A stretch of 49,807 nucleotides of DNA, filler included, from Bipalium vagum (taxonomy: Eukaryota): NCBI GenBank assembly GCA_037834085.1. It is 3 parts of 3 records of this genome, joined end to end, with 100 filler letters (N's around TTAATTAATTAA, not from the genome) between each part and the next. Parts side by side here need not be neighbours in the genome. Positions count along the whole stretch, not along the records: positions 1 to 15,820 come from JBBMKC010143943.1; positions 15,921 to 33,569 come from JBBMKC010057354.1; 1 more part is not named here. One strand, given 5' to 3'. The notes under the pieces are model-generated. The model was not told the DNA's origin and did not search any database. It was given only the letters and a program-made list of their open reading frames with translations. The position numbers and the translations under genes were made by a program. Numbering within the stretch: position 1 is the first letter of the stretch; each line of letters begins with the position of its first letter. Shown here piece by piece: positions 12,600 to 25,156 of this stretch.

Positions 12600-12932
12600 T
12601 AATACTCTTGAGCAAAAGGCCTGTCTAGATGTCTTTGTTCTGTAGGAACTAGGCTTAATTAACGTTTTTTGCAAAATAGTATTGACTTTATAGAGGTGCT
12701 TAGAAGAGCTTCCATACACTTGACTTGAATCAATGAATTTTCATTGTCCAATAAGGAGCGGATGTCAGGATAGATTTTTACGATTCCATTTTTGAGCTCC
12801 GGCTGTTGTTTTTCAAATGGAAGCAAAAAATATGCACTTTTATGGTTTTGTTGTTCAAATGAACATCTTAAATTGAGTTAAACAAGATCTTATTGCTACA
12901 AATCCAAACGCTTATTAGCAAAATATTCCAAG
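12600..12932 (-). CDS. Unidentified multi-exon coding segment, ARM/HEAT-repeat-like (partial)
   Basis: Frame-preserving GT-AG introns 12867-12909 (43 nt), 12803-12837 (35 nt) and 12640-12686 (47 nt) give LEYFANKHVHLNNKTIKPELKNGIVKIYPDIRSLLDNENSLIQVKCMEALLSTSIKTKTSRQAF. The L..LL.....V....AL pattern is HEAT/ARM-like. Ends are unresolved. Confidence 0.4.
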
Positions 12933-13658
12933 CTAAAACAAATAAATCTAAAGTTATGTTAAAAAAATTAATAATTGAGATTAAACGGACAGAATTAATT
13001 TACACATCTAATAATGTATTATTTTGCTTAATATTATTAATATTTAAAACAATGCAAGCGGGATTTTGATTTTTATTTATAAAATGGATTGTTTCTTATT
13101 TCCTTGAAACCTAACAGCCTTGTACAGTCAATGATCATATTTAAACAACTAAATTTTTCCTTATGAAAAGGGTTGCTCCATCAGAAAAGATAATTTGTTA
13201 ATAATGTGCTAGTCAATTTCTAATATTGATTTAATAAAGATAAACTGACGAAATTTGTTGAAACGGGACAAACGTTTCAGATTTTCTTTTTATAAAATTG
13301 GACTTTTTCAGATTAGGCGCACCAATGACATTTTAGAAAATTCACTTTTTATCTGACTGAAACCGCGGCTTATTCCCGATCTTGAAGTGGTTACCGTTTT
13401 AGAAGCGTCGACAAAGCTGATTTGGAAAACCATAGCAGTACGATAAATATTAATAATATTCCTATGATTTATTGACGGTTGTTTTAATTATTCTATAGTC
13501 GTATTTTATCAATTAATGATATATTATTATATATGTCATTTATTTACAAAACGATCCGACAGTTAAGATACTGAAAATGTCACCTAATCGAATCAAATGC
13601 CTTTAGCGATAATAGATACGTGAATCTGTCCCCTGTCAAAAATAATTGATGTGCAATT

Positions 13659-14142
13659 ATGTCTCGGTAATTTTTCATTTAATTTTGTTAATAATAGCCA
13701 CAATTTGATTAAGACGAAAATCAGTGAAACGATTATGTTTATATGATGATGAGCGTTTGGACAATTTTTCCCATTAATTTTCCATTGAATTGCATGTTAA
13801 GATTTCGTTATTAATATGTTTACGATGTTCATTTGGAAAGCTGTTACAGCTGAAAAATCGGGAATTCTCAAATTGGGGGCTTTTCTTGGAAAAGGCTTTG
13901 GAATGATGATAGAAGGCGTGAGACGATGGGTTTTGTATTTGATCTTGGAAACATTTGGTAACAAATGAGATATTAATTGCAATTCTCATTTTCTTAGCAC
14001 AATTTCACACATTATCATTAAGTAAGATCTTGAAGTTCTGATCTTATATATAATAGATACAGTGCTCAATTCGTGATTATATTTTATTTTTGAGATCCAG
14101 GCTTAAAAGAAGTCTCTGAAAATCAATTTTATGGAAGCATTA
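13659..14142 (+). CDS. Unidentified multi-exon gene (5' part); exons 13659-13666, 13714-13754, 13802-13957, 13998-14021, probably 14101-14142
   Basis: Three consecutive GT-AG introns of 47, 47 and 40 nt preserve frame: MSRRKSVKRLCLYDDEHFVINMFTMFIWKAVTAEKSGILKLGAFLGKGFGMMIEGVRRWVLYLILETFAQFHTLSL(SLKEVSENQFYGSI). No family recognised. Confidence 0.5.
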
Positions 14143-15748
14143 TGTAATTCACAACAAAAATTACTTTATTTTGTTTGTTTCATTTAATTTTTGAAAAAGG
14201 AATGGAACATTTCTACAGTTTGATTTAAAGCATTTTTATTTCGTACAAGCTTTCATCACATTGATTTAGGTTTTTTCATTCCAACAAGAAAGGAAAGAAG
14301 TACGGATTTCTTTTTTTCGGGTTAATGAAAATCGTAATCTTAGATTCATTTTTTCCATTTCTGGTTTTAAGTTAATTCTAAACAAAAAATTTTACGAAAT
14401 TGAACTACATGACTTATGGGAACCTTTAATATTAATGTGAAGAAATAAGTTACAACAATGTTTTTAACCAGGAGATCTCTTAATATCCGATACACCATTA
14501 GTGTTATCAAGAACCAATTATTGAGAGTTATGTTTGAGGATTACCATCTTACCCGGATTCAGTTTCTGCTGGTCAGAACTAAATCAGTTAGAAAATGGTA
14601 TGGAGTATAATTAAAATGTTTAAACATTTTTTCATGGATAAATAAAATTGTTTATTCTTTGTCTTTGAAAACCCAAAGAAAACTAATGTACCAAGCACAT
14701 ACGTATATATATATATATATAAATAATTGTAAACCTTACCTTATCTATATTAGAACAAAAAATCATTATTTTCTGAACATTATTCGTGAAAATTATATAT
14801 TAATTTTATAAGTTAAATTTATGCAATATTTTAGATTATTTAATGAAGAGATTTATTCAGAAAGGTCCTATTAAATTTGTTTGAATTTGAGCCCTTATAA
14901 TAAAAAACAATACTTGTTTTATTCTATTTTTTCTACGGTTAATTATGTTATTATTATTACCCATTATTATATTAAACTAATATTTTCATCAGTTACTTAT
15001 TTTTGTCTTCTGCTCACATAGAACAGGATTCATTTTGCTTGTTCTGATTAATTCTTAATCTCGGCTGATCCGGTCGCTTGCTCCCAAAATCGAAGAACGA
15101 CCGTTATTATTATTATCGAGAATTAGTGGAATCATTGAAAAGTATGTTGATTTTATGATCTTCTATGACAATGATCGTGCTTGGGCTCGTATCCAGCCTG
15201 GAGACTGGCGGGTGCTGTAAAGACTCTGGTAGTCAGCCGAAACAGTTAAATTGAGGTCCACTTAAAGCAATACATGTTTTTGAGCAAATCATTAATATTC
15301 TCTAATTGACAAAACAAATTGTTTGTTGTAATTTGAGTTTATTGTTATTATAATTATTTTATTTATCGAAGAGGTCAACAGATTGTGCATATGAGGTGTT
15401 TGTTATTTTGGGAAGTCAATTACTTTACTTGAAACATTTAAAATGTTGTGTTGACGTGCTTTGATTGAATAAAATTTTATGACTCGCGGGTTACTTATTT
15501 ATTTTCTTTTTTTAAGAGTGTTGATTATTAACGAACAAAATGTTATTATTTTCATTTTAAAATATAATACTTTTTAAATATATTTTGCTCTTGATTATTC
15601 ATTCCTGAGTTATATTGATTTTATCTCTTAAAGTAAATATTGACTTTTATTATTATATTATTATTATTTATTAATATTTTTTATTGGTAATAATTTTATT
15701 TTTCCTGTTAATAGTATTATTACTCATATTCTTTATTATTATTATTGC

Positions 15749-15749
<1 letters not shown>

Positions 15750-15820
<71 letters not shown>
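15750..15820. repeat. (ATT/TAA)n microsatellite at contig end
   Basis: Pure tta run leading into the N spacer; source of the spurious poly-Tyr ORF. Confidence 0.97.
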
Positions 15821-15920
15821 NNNNNNNNNNNNNNNNNNNNNNNNNNNNNNNNNNNNNNNNNNNNTTAATTAATTAANNNNNNNNNNNNNNNNNNNNNNNN
15901 NNNNNNNNNNNNNNNNNNNN
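15821..15920. other. Artificial 100-nt assembly spacer
   Basis: 44 N + TTAATTAATTAA (stops in all six frames) + 44 N; identical to 33570-33669. Confidence 0.95.
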
Positions 15921-17729
15921 TTTGTTTTAAATTATCCTCCATTTTTAAAGGAAATATTATTAATGTTCCTAATCAGAGTACTTTCCCTGATGGGGAAGAT
16001 TGTACTATAATATTTATTACAAATTTCGCATTTTTTTTCACTCATTTTTATAAATATGTTTTTTATATATTTTAGGTTTATTTTTTATGGATGCATTTTT
16101 ATGGTTTTATTAATGGATAAATATAGAAAAGTGATCGATATCCTAAAATCAAGCGAGAGAAGCGAGCGAGATTTTTGGGTTCGGTCGCTTTTCGCAAGCG
16201 AGATTTTTGTGAGTTTGGGTAAACGCTACAATCTAACCACTACTTATATGAATATACATCTTCAAAATTACTTAATCTTGGATTTCTAATTTCTTCATTA
16301 GCTATCATAGACATAAATATTTTTGTACAAATTTTTGCGATTGTCATATATTGAAATGAATCCATATTTAGAGGCTTTGCCTCACAAGAACGTCGTTCTA
16401 ATTTTTGGGTTGCTGATATATTTATATTTGTTAAGATTTGAATTATGATGGAATAAGGTTACACTGAAGTTAATTAATAGAATGAATATTTAATCAAAAC
16501 GTAACGTGGCTCGTTATATTTACTGAAATCAGAAGGATTTAGAGTGTCTTACGTTTGTGTTCAAATAAAAGACAAATGAGTTTTATTTTTAATCAACTGG
16601 GTATTTAAATGATTGTGCTAATTAAAATCAAATCGGACTGATCAAAACAAACACTTTAAAATTTAATTAGAATTATTCACTAACACAAATCAAGACACGA
16701 TATTAATTTTATAAATATATATTTTTCGCATTTGTTGAACAGACAAATAAAATAGAGTTATTATATTGATAAATCCCGAAGAGATAAGGTTTTATGAAGG
16801 AATTTAGATTGCTCTTCGCTAGCCTAGACTCAAGAGTCATCAAAAGAAACAATTGCCTCTCCTCCCTACTAAACGTCGAGAAGGCAACAAAAAAGAAAAG
16901 GTGGGAAAAAACAAAAAAACGTTTTAATTTGATAATGATAGAATAATTGGGGAACTATCCAATTATTCTACCTGAATTATTTTTTTAAGATTTAATAGAT
17001 TAATTATAATTAATTAACAACCACAATATCCAATTTGAAATCAAATTGTTATTTATGATTGAATAAATAAAATAATTACTGTTGAAATTAATGGATAATG
17101 GAATGGATACTCAAATTTACAATATTAACGATATCTGTCTTCTTGATAATAATGAAATCTGATTATGAATCAAATCCGTAAAATAAAATTTAACTTTCTT
17201 GAGTATTCGGTTTTGATTTTCCTTTTTTCCTCTCCTTTTCTTATTTGATATGATCTTCTTTTATAGTACGTATTCCAGCAATTTGATATCGTCCTGTCAG
17301 AAGTAGTTAATAAGCTGATAAACCTTCTGTGATAACTTTGAAACTATCTGGTTACAAAGTGACAAACTATTCCTTTTTGTACGTAATTTTATACTCAAAA
17401 TTCAATTCTAATTAACTAATATCCAAGATTTTCCTTTTGCTTTGCGGTTCTTTTTGTGTGTCCGTTGTTTATAAAATTTTTAAATTTATATAAATATTTT
17501 TTACATATTTTTATTTATGGAAATATAAATTTACTATACTTATTTTGATACAATTTTTTAAATTATTTTTTTCATTCATTAGTAATTTTAATTTTAGTAA
17601 TTATTTTTATCGTTATTTCTAAATTTATAATTATTTTAATTTATTTGTTATTTCTATGAATATTATTTATATTATATTAATTAATTAATTTTTTTCTCGG
17701 GATTTATCAATTATTTACACACACATAAA

Positions 17730-19799
17730 CTTTATACCAAATAACATGCATAAGGTTTTGTAAAGAATTTACATACTAAAAGATTAAAGGATCACTAAAT
17801 TTAAAACATTGAATTAAAATTTTTTACAAAATGTAAAGGATTATAGGATTTTAGTCACAAGACATTGTTAAGTTTTCATTAATGTTTGAATCAGTTCCTT
17901 TCTGTCTCCTTGCCTGGGAGTAGTTTCCACATATTTAAAAATAAATCTCTAAAATTTAAGCAACCTTTAGTTAAGATCATAACATCTGTTAAACAATAAT
18001 AAAACATTTGAATTGGAAAATTAAAAACTTCATTCTTTTTTATTTTTTAATCATACCATTGTTTAAATAAATTTTTTTTCTTTATTATTATCGCTCATAT
18101 AACTATAACCATAAAATTCTAACTCTGGATTTTTTCACCAATGTAATTTTGATTTTTTATTGTGTATTGAAATAATGAGGAAAATATCTTTTGTAACCTT
18201 TAAAACCAAATGTTTCTGGAAAAGCTTTTAATTGACATAAACTAAAATTTATTGAATCTACAAATCTTATATTAAAATGTTTTATTTGCATTAATGTGAT
18301 TTGACTTCCTGAGCTAGTTTTTTCAACTGGTAATTTATTTTGAATTAACTAACCTAATATTGGATGGTTATCACATTCTTTTGCATAATGTGCTATACAA
18401 ATATATTTTTCAAAATCTTTACAAATAAAGAATTTACAAAAAGTATCAATTACAAAATTTGAGTCTTCAATTATTATTTCTAAACATTCTATATTATCTA
18501 AAATATTTTCAATTGTTAAATTTTCTAAATTTTCAGTAATAAGTTTTAAAATATAATTGATTTGGAAAATGTGCTTCCAAGAGCAGAGCTCGTATTTTGA
18601 ATTTGATAGAATATATTTTTTTCATTATCAAAAGCAATTACATAAATCATTTCATGATAAGCAAAATCAAAAACTAAATATTTATTACTTTGTTTAAATT
18701 TTCCTTTATTATTTTTTAAATAACATTTGTGATTATTGAATGGAGGTTTATATTGTTCATTACAAATTGGGCGATTCTTATAACCACATTTGTGTTGATA
18801 TGACTTAAAATATTCTTCATTACAAATCTTACAAACTTTTTATTTCTAAAAGATTACAATTAGTTGTTTTACATGTATGTTGATTTTGAAATCCTATTAA
18901 GCAATCATGACAACATTTTCTTGATTTTAAAAAAGCTGCTATTTTGTAATTGAAAGAAAACGATGATTCTCGTAATCTTAATAAATAAAAGTTTTTTTTT
19001 TAAAATTTTCATTTTCTTTATATAAAATAGATTCATTATTATTATAAACAATAATTCTTACATTTAAAATTTTTTCTAATTGTTTCAAATCAACAATATT
19101 ATTTCCAGTTTCTTTGATTTCTACTTGAGCCATATTTTGTAATTTTATTGCCCATTCTTCTTGAATTGGATCACCTCGTCTAATATATCTCATTCTATAA
19201 TCTTGTTTGAAAAAGTTAAAATAGTTTATATTTGCTTCATTGTCATAAGTTAAAGAATTTATTATTGATCTTGCTAAACAACTTGTGTCAATATTATGAA
19301 TTATATTAATAGAATTTTGTGCAAAATTTTGGATTATTAAATTTTTAGAATTATTTCTACTATAATTAACATAGTTTCTTCCTTTTCCAACTGATATTGG
19401 TAAAGTGAAAAATTCAAAAATTACATCTTCAATATTTAATGCTTGTTCTGATTGTAAAATTTTTTCTAATCTTGTAAATAATTGAATAAATTAAAGGATT
19501 TAAAAGTGTCAGTTTAACATTATAATAATTATTATGGTTTCTGAAATAAGATTTAAACCATTAGTAATAGTTCTTTTTGTAATATCTTTCGAGAAATTTT
19601 AAATTGATAAACTGTTCTCAAAGTTTTTATAATAATGAGAATTTAAATAAGTTATTTTATTACCTTCAAAATTTAGAATATAATCGTCGTGAAATAAATT
19701 GTCAGGAAAAGAACATTCTTCAAAAGGTAAATCATTTTTTATAGCTTGCCATTCATCGAGATTTATGATTGAATTTGCTTGTGTGTTTCGAGTAGACAT
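17730..19799 (-). mobile_element. Polinton/Maverick protein-primed DNA polymerase B pseudogene, copy A (N-terminal and exonuclease part)
   Basis: Frameshifted translation: ILQSEQAL..TLPISVGKGR, DTSCLARSII, LKQLEKILNVRIIVY, Cys/His cluster, VFDF (ExoI), CIAHYAKECDNHPIL (ExoII), IRFVDSINF..QLKAFPETFG..KRYFPHYFN, YYCLTDVMILTKGCLNFR (ExoIII). Confidence 0.85.
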
Positions 19800-19883
19800 T
19801 TTTTAAGAAAAAATTTAATTTTTTCAGTTTTAAATTTTTTGATTTTTTTGACTATTTTTTAATGATTTTTTTCTATTTATATG

Positions 19884-20114
19884 ACACAAAGTGTACCCCG
19901 TTTGTAAACACTTTTTTTTCGTGAACAAAAACAAGCCATAAATTTTTAAAATATAAATTTAATGTATATTTTACTTTTTTATATTTTTTATTTTTAGTAA
20001 TTTTATATAATTATTTTTTTGTTGCCAAAAAATATTTTTAAACTTTTTTAGGGCTGTTTTTGTTCATGAAAAAAATGGGATTACAAACGGAGTACACTTT
20101 GTGTGACCACCGTG
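19884..20114. mobile_element. Tc1/mariner-derived MITE with ~65-bp imperfect TIRs
   Basis: Left acacaaagtgtaccccgtttgtaa..gaacaaaaaca pairs with right tgtttttgttc..ttacaaacggagtacactttgtgt. The right end continues gaccaccgtg|TA; the interior is AT-rich and non-coding. Confidence 0.8.
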
Positions 20115-20417
20115 TATAATAATACTCAAAATGTTCAAGGCGAATGATACCCGGTGCTCATGCCCGGAGATAAATTCTATTTCGACATTAACCGATGCAT
20201 GGGGCTCAATTCAAGTTACTGGCGCTTGTATTGGGCCACTGTGATCAGTGAATGACCTCAGTAAATCCTGTGGTCATTGTAGGATTGGGGTTGCATATTA
20301 TTATATTATAGAAATATGTATTGCAAAAAACTATGATTAAAAATTAAACAATGGTCACAAATCGTACATGGCTCTTTTCGTCTTCTCGCTGCATTCTGAA
20401 TGGTAGGTCGTCGTTTC

Positions 20418-20986
20418 TCATAGCTCAACTTTTTTGTACTGTTCTCCCGGGGCAGTAGGTCCATTTGAAGTACCTGAAGTTTCCAAATCAGATATAATGC
20501 CATCATCGGCGGTTTGCACTTTCCGGATCTTCAGCAGATAAGTGTATGTATTTCTGCTCACTTTGAGGTAAGTTTGACTCTTAGCTATCATCGCACATGA
20601 GAGAGCTTTCATCAGCGATTTTTTGGATTTCAACCCTTTTCTGGTCATGGCACTGAAAAAAATGCGTAAGACTATGAAGTTAAAAAATTTAAATTGTAGC
20701 CTTAGCCATTTCTGAAATGATCGGTCTACATCCAGTGAAGTGCAATCCGACCCGGTCAGAGGTAGGTGTGACCTGACATTCGGAAAAATGTTTTTTCCGC
20801 TCTGTCTCCCACAGGCGTGTTGTGCATGAATCCGGCCATCCTCAGAGAAAGTCACGGTCTGAGGCATAGAAGCCGAGTTCACCTTTGAAGAAAGTCCATG
20901 GCCTCTATAAAAATTATTTAAAATTCATACATCGCCGTCTGAGGACTAGCGTTAAAGGAATCTTCATCCTTCTCAACGCATATCAT
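20418..20986 (-). CDS. GC-richer spliced orphan ORF (gene fragment or pseudogene)
   Basis: ATG at 20986 gives MICVEKDEDSFNASPQTAI, and a 26-nt GT-AG intron (20905-20930) joins it in frame to the 154-aa ORF 20418-20882. Further intron-like segments lie inside. Coding-like sequence continues past the TGA to ~20130 with stops. Confidence 0.4.
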
Positions 20987-21369
20987 TAAAAAATGTGTTT
21001 CTTCTACAAAAAAATTTTAGAAGAATTAAAAGAATCATTATAAAAAAATTTTGTTAAGAAACTAAAAAATATCGTCAGTCATTTTCAATGATAAAAAATG
21101 AATGTTAAAATTGAAGAAAACTCAGCTTTTTATTTTGATTATGATAGTGAAAATGAAATGGATAAAAAGGAAGTTAAATGTATACGTGTAAGGAGCCCCA
21201 AATTAATAAAAATGTGTTTACCCTTTTTGATTACCTCTTGCACGCATAGATTTAACTTTTTTTCTCATTTCATTATCACTATCATAATCAACAAGTTAAT
21301 TAACCACAATAAGATAAATAAATTTCACTTTGAAAATCAATTTTATTAAATTCTCCAACATGTTTTAAT

Positions 21370-22660
21370 AATTGTTCTAATGGTGATAAATTTAAAAAAG
21401 AAATCTCCAAATTCAACTTTATTTCTTTAAGCTTCTGTTCTTTTTTCTATATTTAATTATATGTATAATTTTAACCAAGTTAATTTTTTAAATCTAGCTT
21501 TTTATGGATCCTCTTTAATATCATTCCATGATCTAAATAGCAAGGTAATAATTAACCTTCTACTGTATAATTATATTTATTAAATTAGGTTAACAATAAT
21601 TTTCCTAAAAAGATAATGAAAGTATTATTTATAATTTGATAATGTTAAAATATACTTTCTGTTACTTTTCTTTTTTTTTCAGTTTGATCACGTAATTCAA
21701 ATGGATATTCTAAATCAACCACATTTATAAATTATTTATAACATTAATCCATTCATGTTTTCAATGTTCATAATAGTAATCAAAAATAGTATTAGTTATT
21801 TTATTATTTAATTTTACTTTTCTATTGAAATAAACATTTGATATTCTACTCTTATTTCTTCCCTTTTAAAAATAATATCGTTTAAATTTAATTCAGTCAT
21901 ATATGAAACATAACTTTTGAATCTATCACTATGAGGTTTTTGCAGGATGCAGGATAACAATAACAGAATAAGCAAAACATTTAAAATCTTTTTTTATGTT
22001 AACAATATGTTGGGATGAATTAAATGGTAATTTAACATATTAAGAACCATCTAAACTTTGATGTTAAAATAAATCTAGTCTAATTGATTTTATATTATAA
22101 ACATTTCTTCATGATTCTGTGTATTCTTTTTCTTTTATATACTTATTTAATTGATAGATAATTTGATAAAAGTGTATTTCTTATTTCTTCTTTCATATTT
22201 AATATTTTGATTTAGAATAATATGAAGATGATGCTTTTTTTTCTCTCCAGAAATATCTTTTTCATAATGGCATAGTATTAATATTTGATATTTAAATTTA
22301 TTAGTTATTTAAAATATTTTTTTAATATTTTCATGAATTCATTTTTAAAATTATGAATAGCTATTTCATTAGTTTTTTGGTTAATTCAATTTTACAATCT
22401 TTAATTTTTATAATATTGTAATCACATTTATTATATTCATCATTAAGGATTTCTTTATTAAAATTAAGATCATCAGCTTTTTTTTTCTCAGATGCTTAAA
22501 ATATTTATTATAATATTCTTTATTATTTTTAAAATTATTCATTATGATTTTTTGATTTTAGATGAGTTATTAATACAGTATTGGTTTTAAAATTTCTTTC
22601 ACAGATTTCACATATAAAGTTCATTTTTCGGACTCTATTGTATTGACTATATGTTATATA
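21370..22660 (-). mobile_element. Polinton/Maverick-type PolB pseudogene, copy B (C2H2 zinc finger, GSxYxxLP region, polymerase domain; internally deleted)
   Basis: MNFICEICERNFKTNTVLITHLKSKNH; DGS*YVKLPF..IVNIKKDFKCFAYSVIVILHPAK..RFKSY..ELNLNDI; VDLEYPFELRD; YLDHGMILKRIH..WLKLYI.LNIEKRTEA..EF...F, leading into polymerase motif B. Confidence 0.78.
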
Positions 22661-23120
22661 TGTATATATTTTTTTGTACTTATGGATGTGGAATATGATA
22701 CATAAGTAGTATTGGTGCATAAAAATTGAGTATAAATTGGTATATTAAAAATATGGTATATGAAAATGGTTGGGTGCTGTCCCCACTTGCCATTTTCACT
22801 ATACTGATATATTTTTTAAAAATTCTACCCATCAAACATTAGTAAAGATATTAAAAATCTGTAAAATCTTGATATAAGAATAAATTAATTTCGATAAAGA
22901 CAAATAACATCGTTTTGTGAATGTAGATCCTTTTTGATAAATTATTTGAAATGACTAATATAATATAAATAATATTTATTTTGGGTTTGTGAAGATATCA
23001 ACTTTAATTTTTACTGAAAGGGAATAAATTCCTCAAAAATAAATATATATTATGTATTATATAATATTAACAAATAAATTTTTTGATAATATTTAACTTA
23101 GAGAATTTAGGCAAGTTGAA

Positions 23121-25123
23121 TTACATTTGACATGAGAACAAGAAATTTAATACAGTTAATATTAGTAAAGGGGTTTGTGATAAATATTTTGAACTATTGC
23201 ACCCTTCTCTGTGTTGATATCTGTCACTGCAAGATGCATACATCATTACCGTTCCAATGTACGATTGTTCATACAAATCTTTAAGTAAATGGCTCCAAGG
23301 TCCTCGAGAATAAACAGGGACATCTTCGCCAGCATGAGTTTCTTGTACTAAAGGTACTCCAGAATTAAAAACAGTAAATGGATTAAAATTAGTTTCAGAA
23401 GTAATGTTTTCTCTTGGAAATTTGTAACCGGGCCCATTAGAATATAATAATGAAGTGTGACCTTTCCGATCTGTAATGATATCTTGATAACCCTATACAA
23501 AAAAAATAAACACAATAATATGATTTAGATCTTGTTGAAAAATTATATATTTAAAATAAGAATCAATGATGTCCTATCACATGAAAATGTACGAATATAT
23601 ATATATTTTTCAAATAGAAAAATACCTGACAAAATATTTCGCATCGTTACTTTTAATATTTACTTAATAAGGATATTTCAGTGGTAATTTAATGAAACCA
23701 CATTCAGCCAACAACTAATATGAGGTTTTTTCTTAAAATGCTTGGGTCGATGCCGAAGTCTGCCGGTTTTTATTCATTAAACATATCAACAATCAAAAAC
23801 AAAATTTGAAAAACATAGATATTTTGTTTCTTTGAATATCAAGTATCGATAGGCAAGTAACTTTATCAGGTTAATTTTTAAAAATATTTTAATTAACCTC
23901 AAATTTGGATAAAATTAAATTTTTCTTAACTGCTGCAGAACTTTTGGAACAGCCTATTATTATGTAAAAGAGAAAAGGATCCGTTTTTTGTAATTGAAAA
24001 TGAAATGCAATGTTGAAAAATAAGCATTTCCGACTATCAACCAGTACTGGTACTACCAGTAAGAGATATATATCAAAGATGGTTTTAACTATTCATAGAA
24101 CACAATTTCGAAATGAGTAATGTACCCTGTACCAAAATAAGATCTGATGGAGACTACCAAAATTATTTGTTGAGATACAATTTGCGTGAAACGAATTGGC
24201 AAATTGGCAGACAGAATGGGTATAGATTAAATTACCATTGTCTAAATTTTGCATAAAATGGGAAAGGTGCAAAATGTGGTTTTTGAAGACCTCATTTTCT
24301 GAATGAGCAAGAGAAACATTAGACAGTTTTAATTAGAATTAGTTCTTGTCTTTATTTACACGTAATCTCTCTAATCTACAACTGCATAAGTACTTTTTCA
24401 TAACCCATCATAATCAATGATAAAAGTTGGAGCCTAATACAATAGCTTGAAGTCAAGAAAGGAATAATTGAATCCGGACCAGCAGCTAACTTGACGAGTA
24501 AAAAACTAGATCCCTATCCTTGAATAATAATACTCTTGTGGGATCAAAAGGAGTGTTGCATAATGAATTTCTTAAGCAAGGATATTATTTAAACAAATAA
24601 TCATTTAAATATTCACTTAAATCTAATTTTATTTATATGCAACTAATTTAACATTAAACAAAATGCGATTAAAATGATACTGGTAAAATCTCCAGGTTTT
24701 TAAAGGATGTTTGAATTTGCAATAATTGAAAACATAAACCATATGTATATTCATTTTTATAAATTCTTCAGTGAGATTTGAAAATGAAATAAAATGAATT
24801 CATGAAAATATGAAAAAATAATAAACAATAATTATTAAAATTAAAATTAATAATTATAACGGTAATAAAAATAATAATAACCAATGGAAAAAATTAATGA
24901 AAATTATTATTACTTGAAGTCTATTAATTTTATTATTTTATTACTCTGAATATACCTTATTCAGTCCCATCAAATCTGTTTCTCGAAGTACATAACTCCC
25001 AATGGTTAAAGTATGAGAATGGTCCGCTGTGACAATTAATAAAGTATCATTAATACTTGTCATATTCGCTGCAACTGATACGGCCTTCTCTAATTCTAAT
25101 GTTTCCAAAATAGCCCTTCTGTA

Positions 25124-25156
<33 letters not shown>

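Noticed and set aside
13774-13989. Two minus-strand ORFs of 61-71 aa
   Set aside because: The plus strand gives a better model with three frame-preserving short introns; these are probably antisense shadows.
15684-15872. Poly-Tyr ORF
   Set aside because: Translation of the (TAT)n microsatellite plus N spacer.
16340-16620. Possible Polinton cysteine protease remnant
   Set aside because: Only vague similarity; catalytic His/Cys motifs are not readable.
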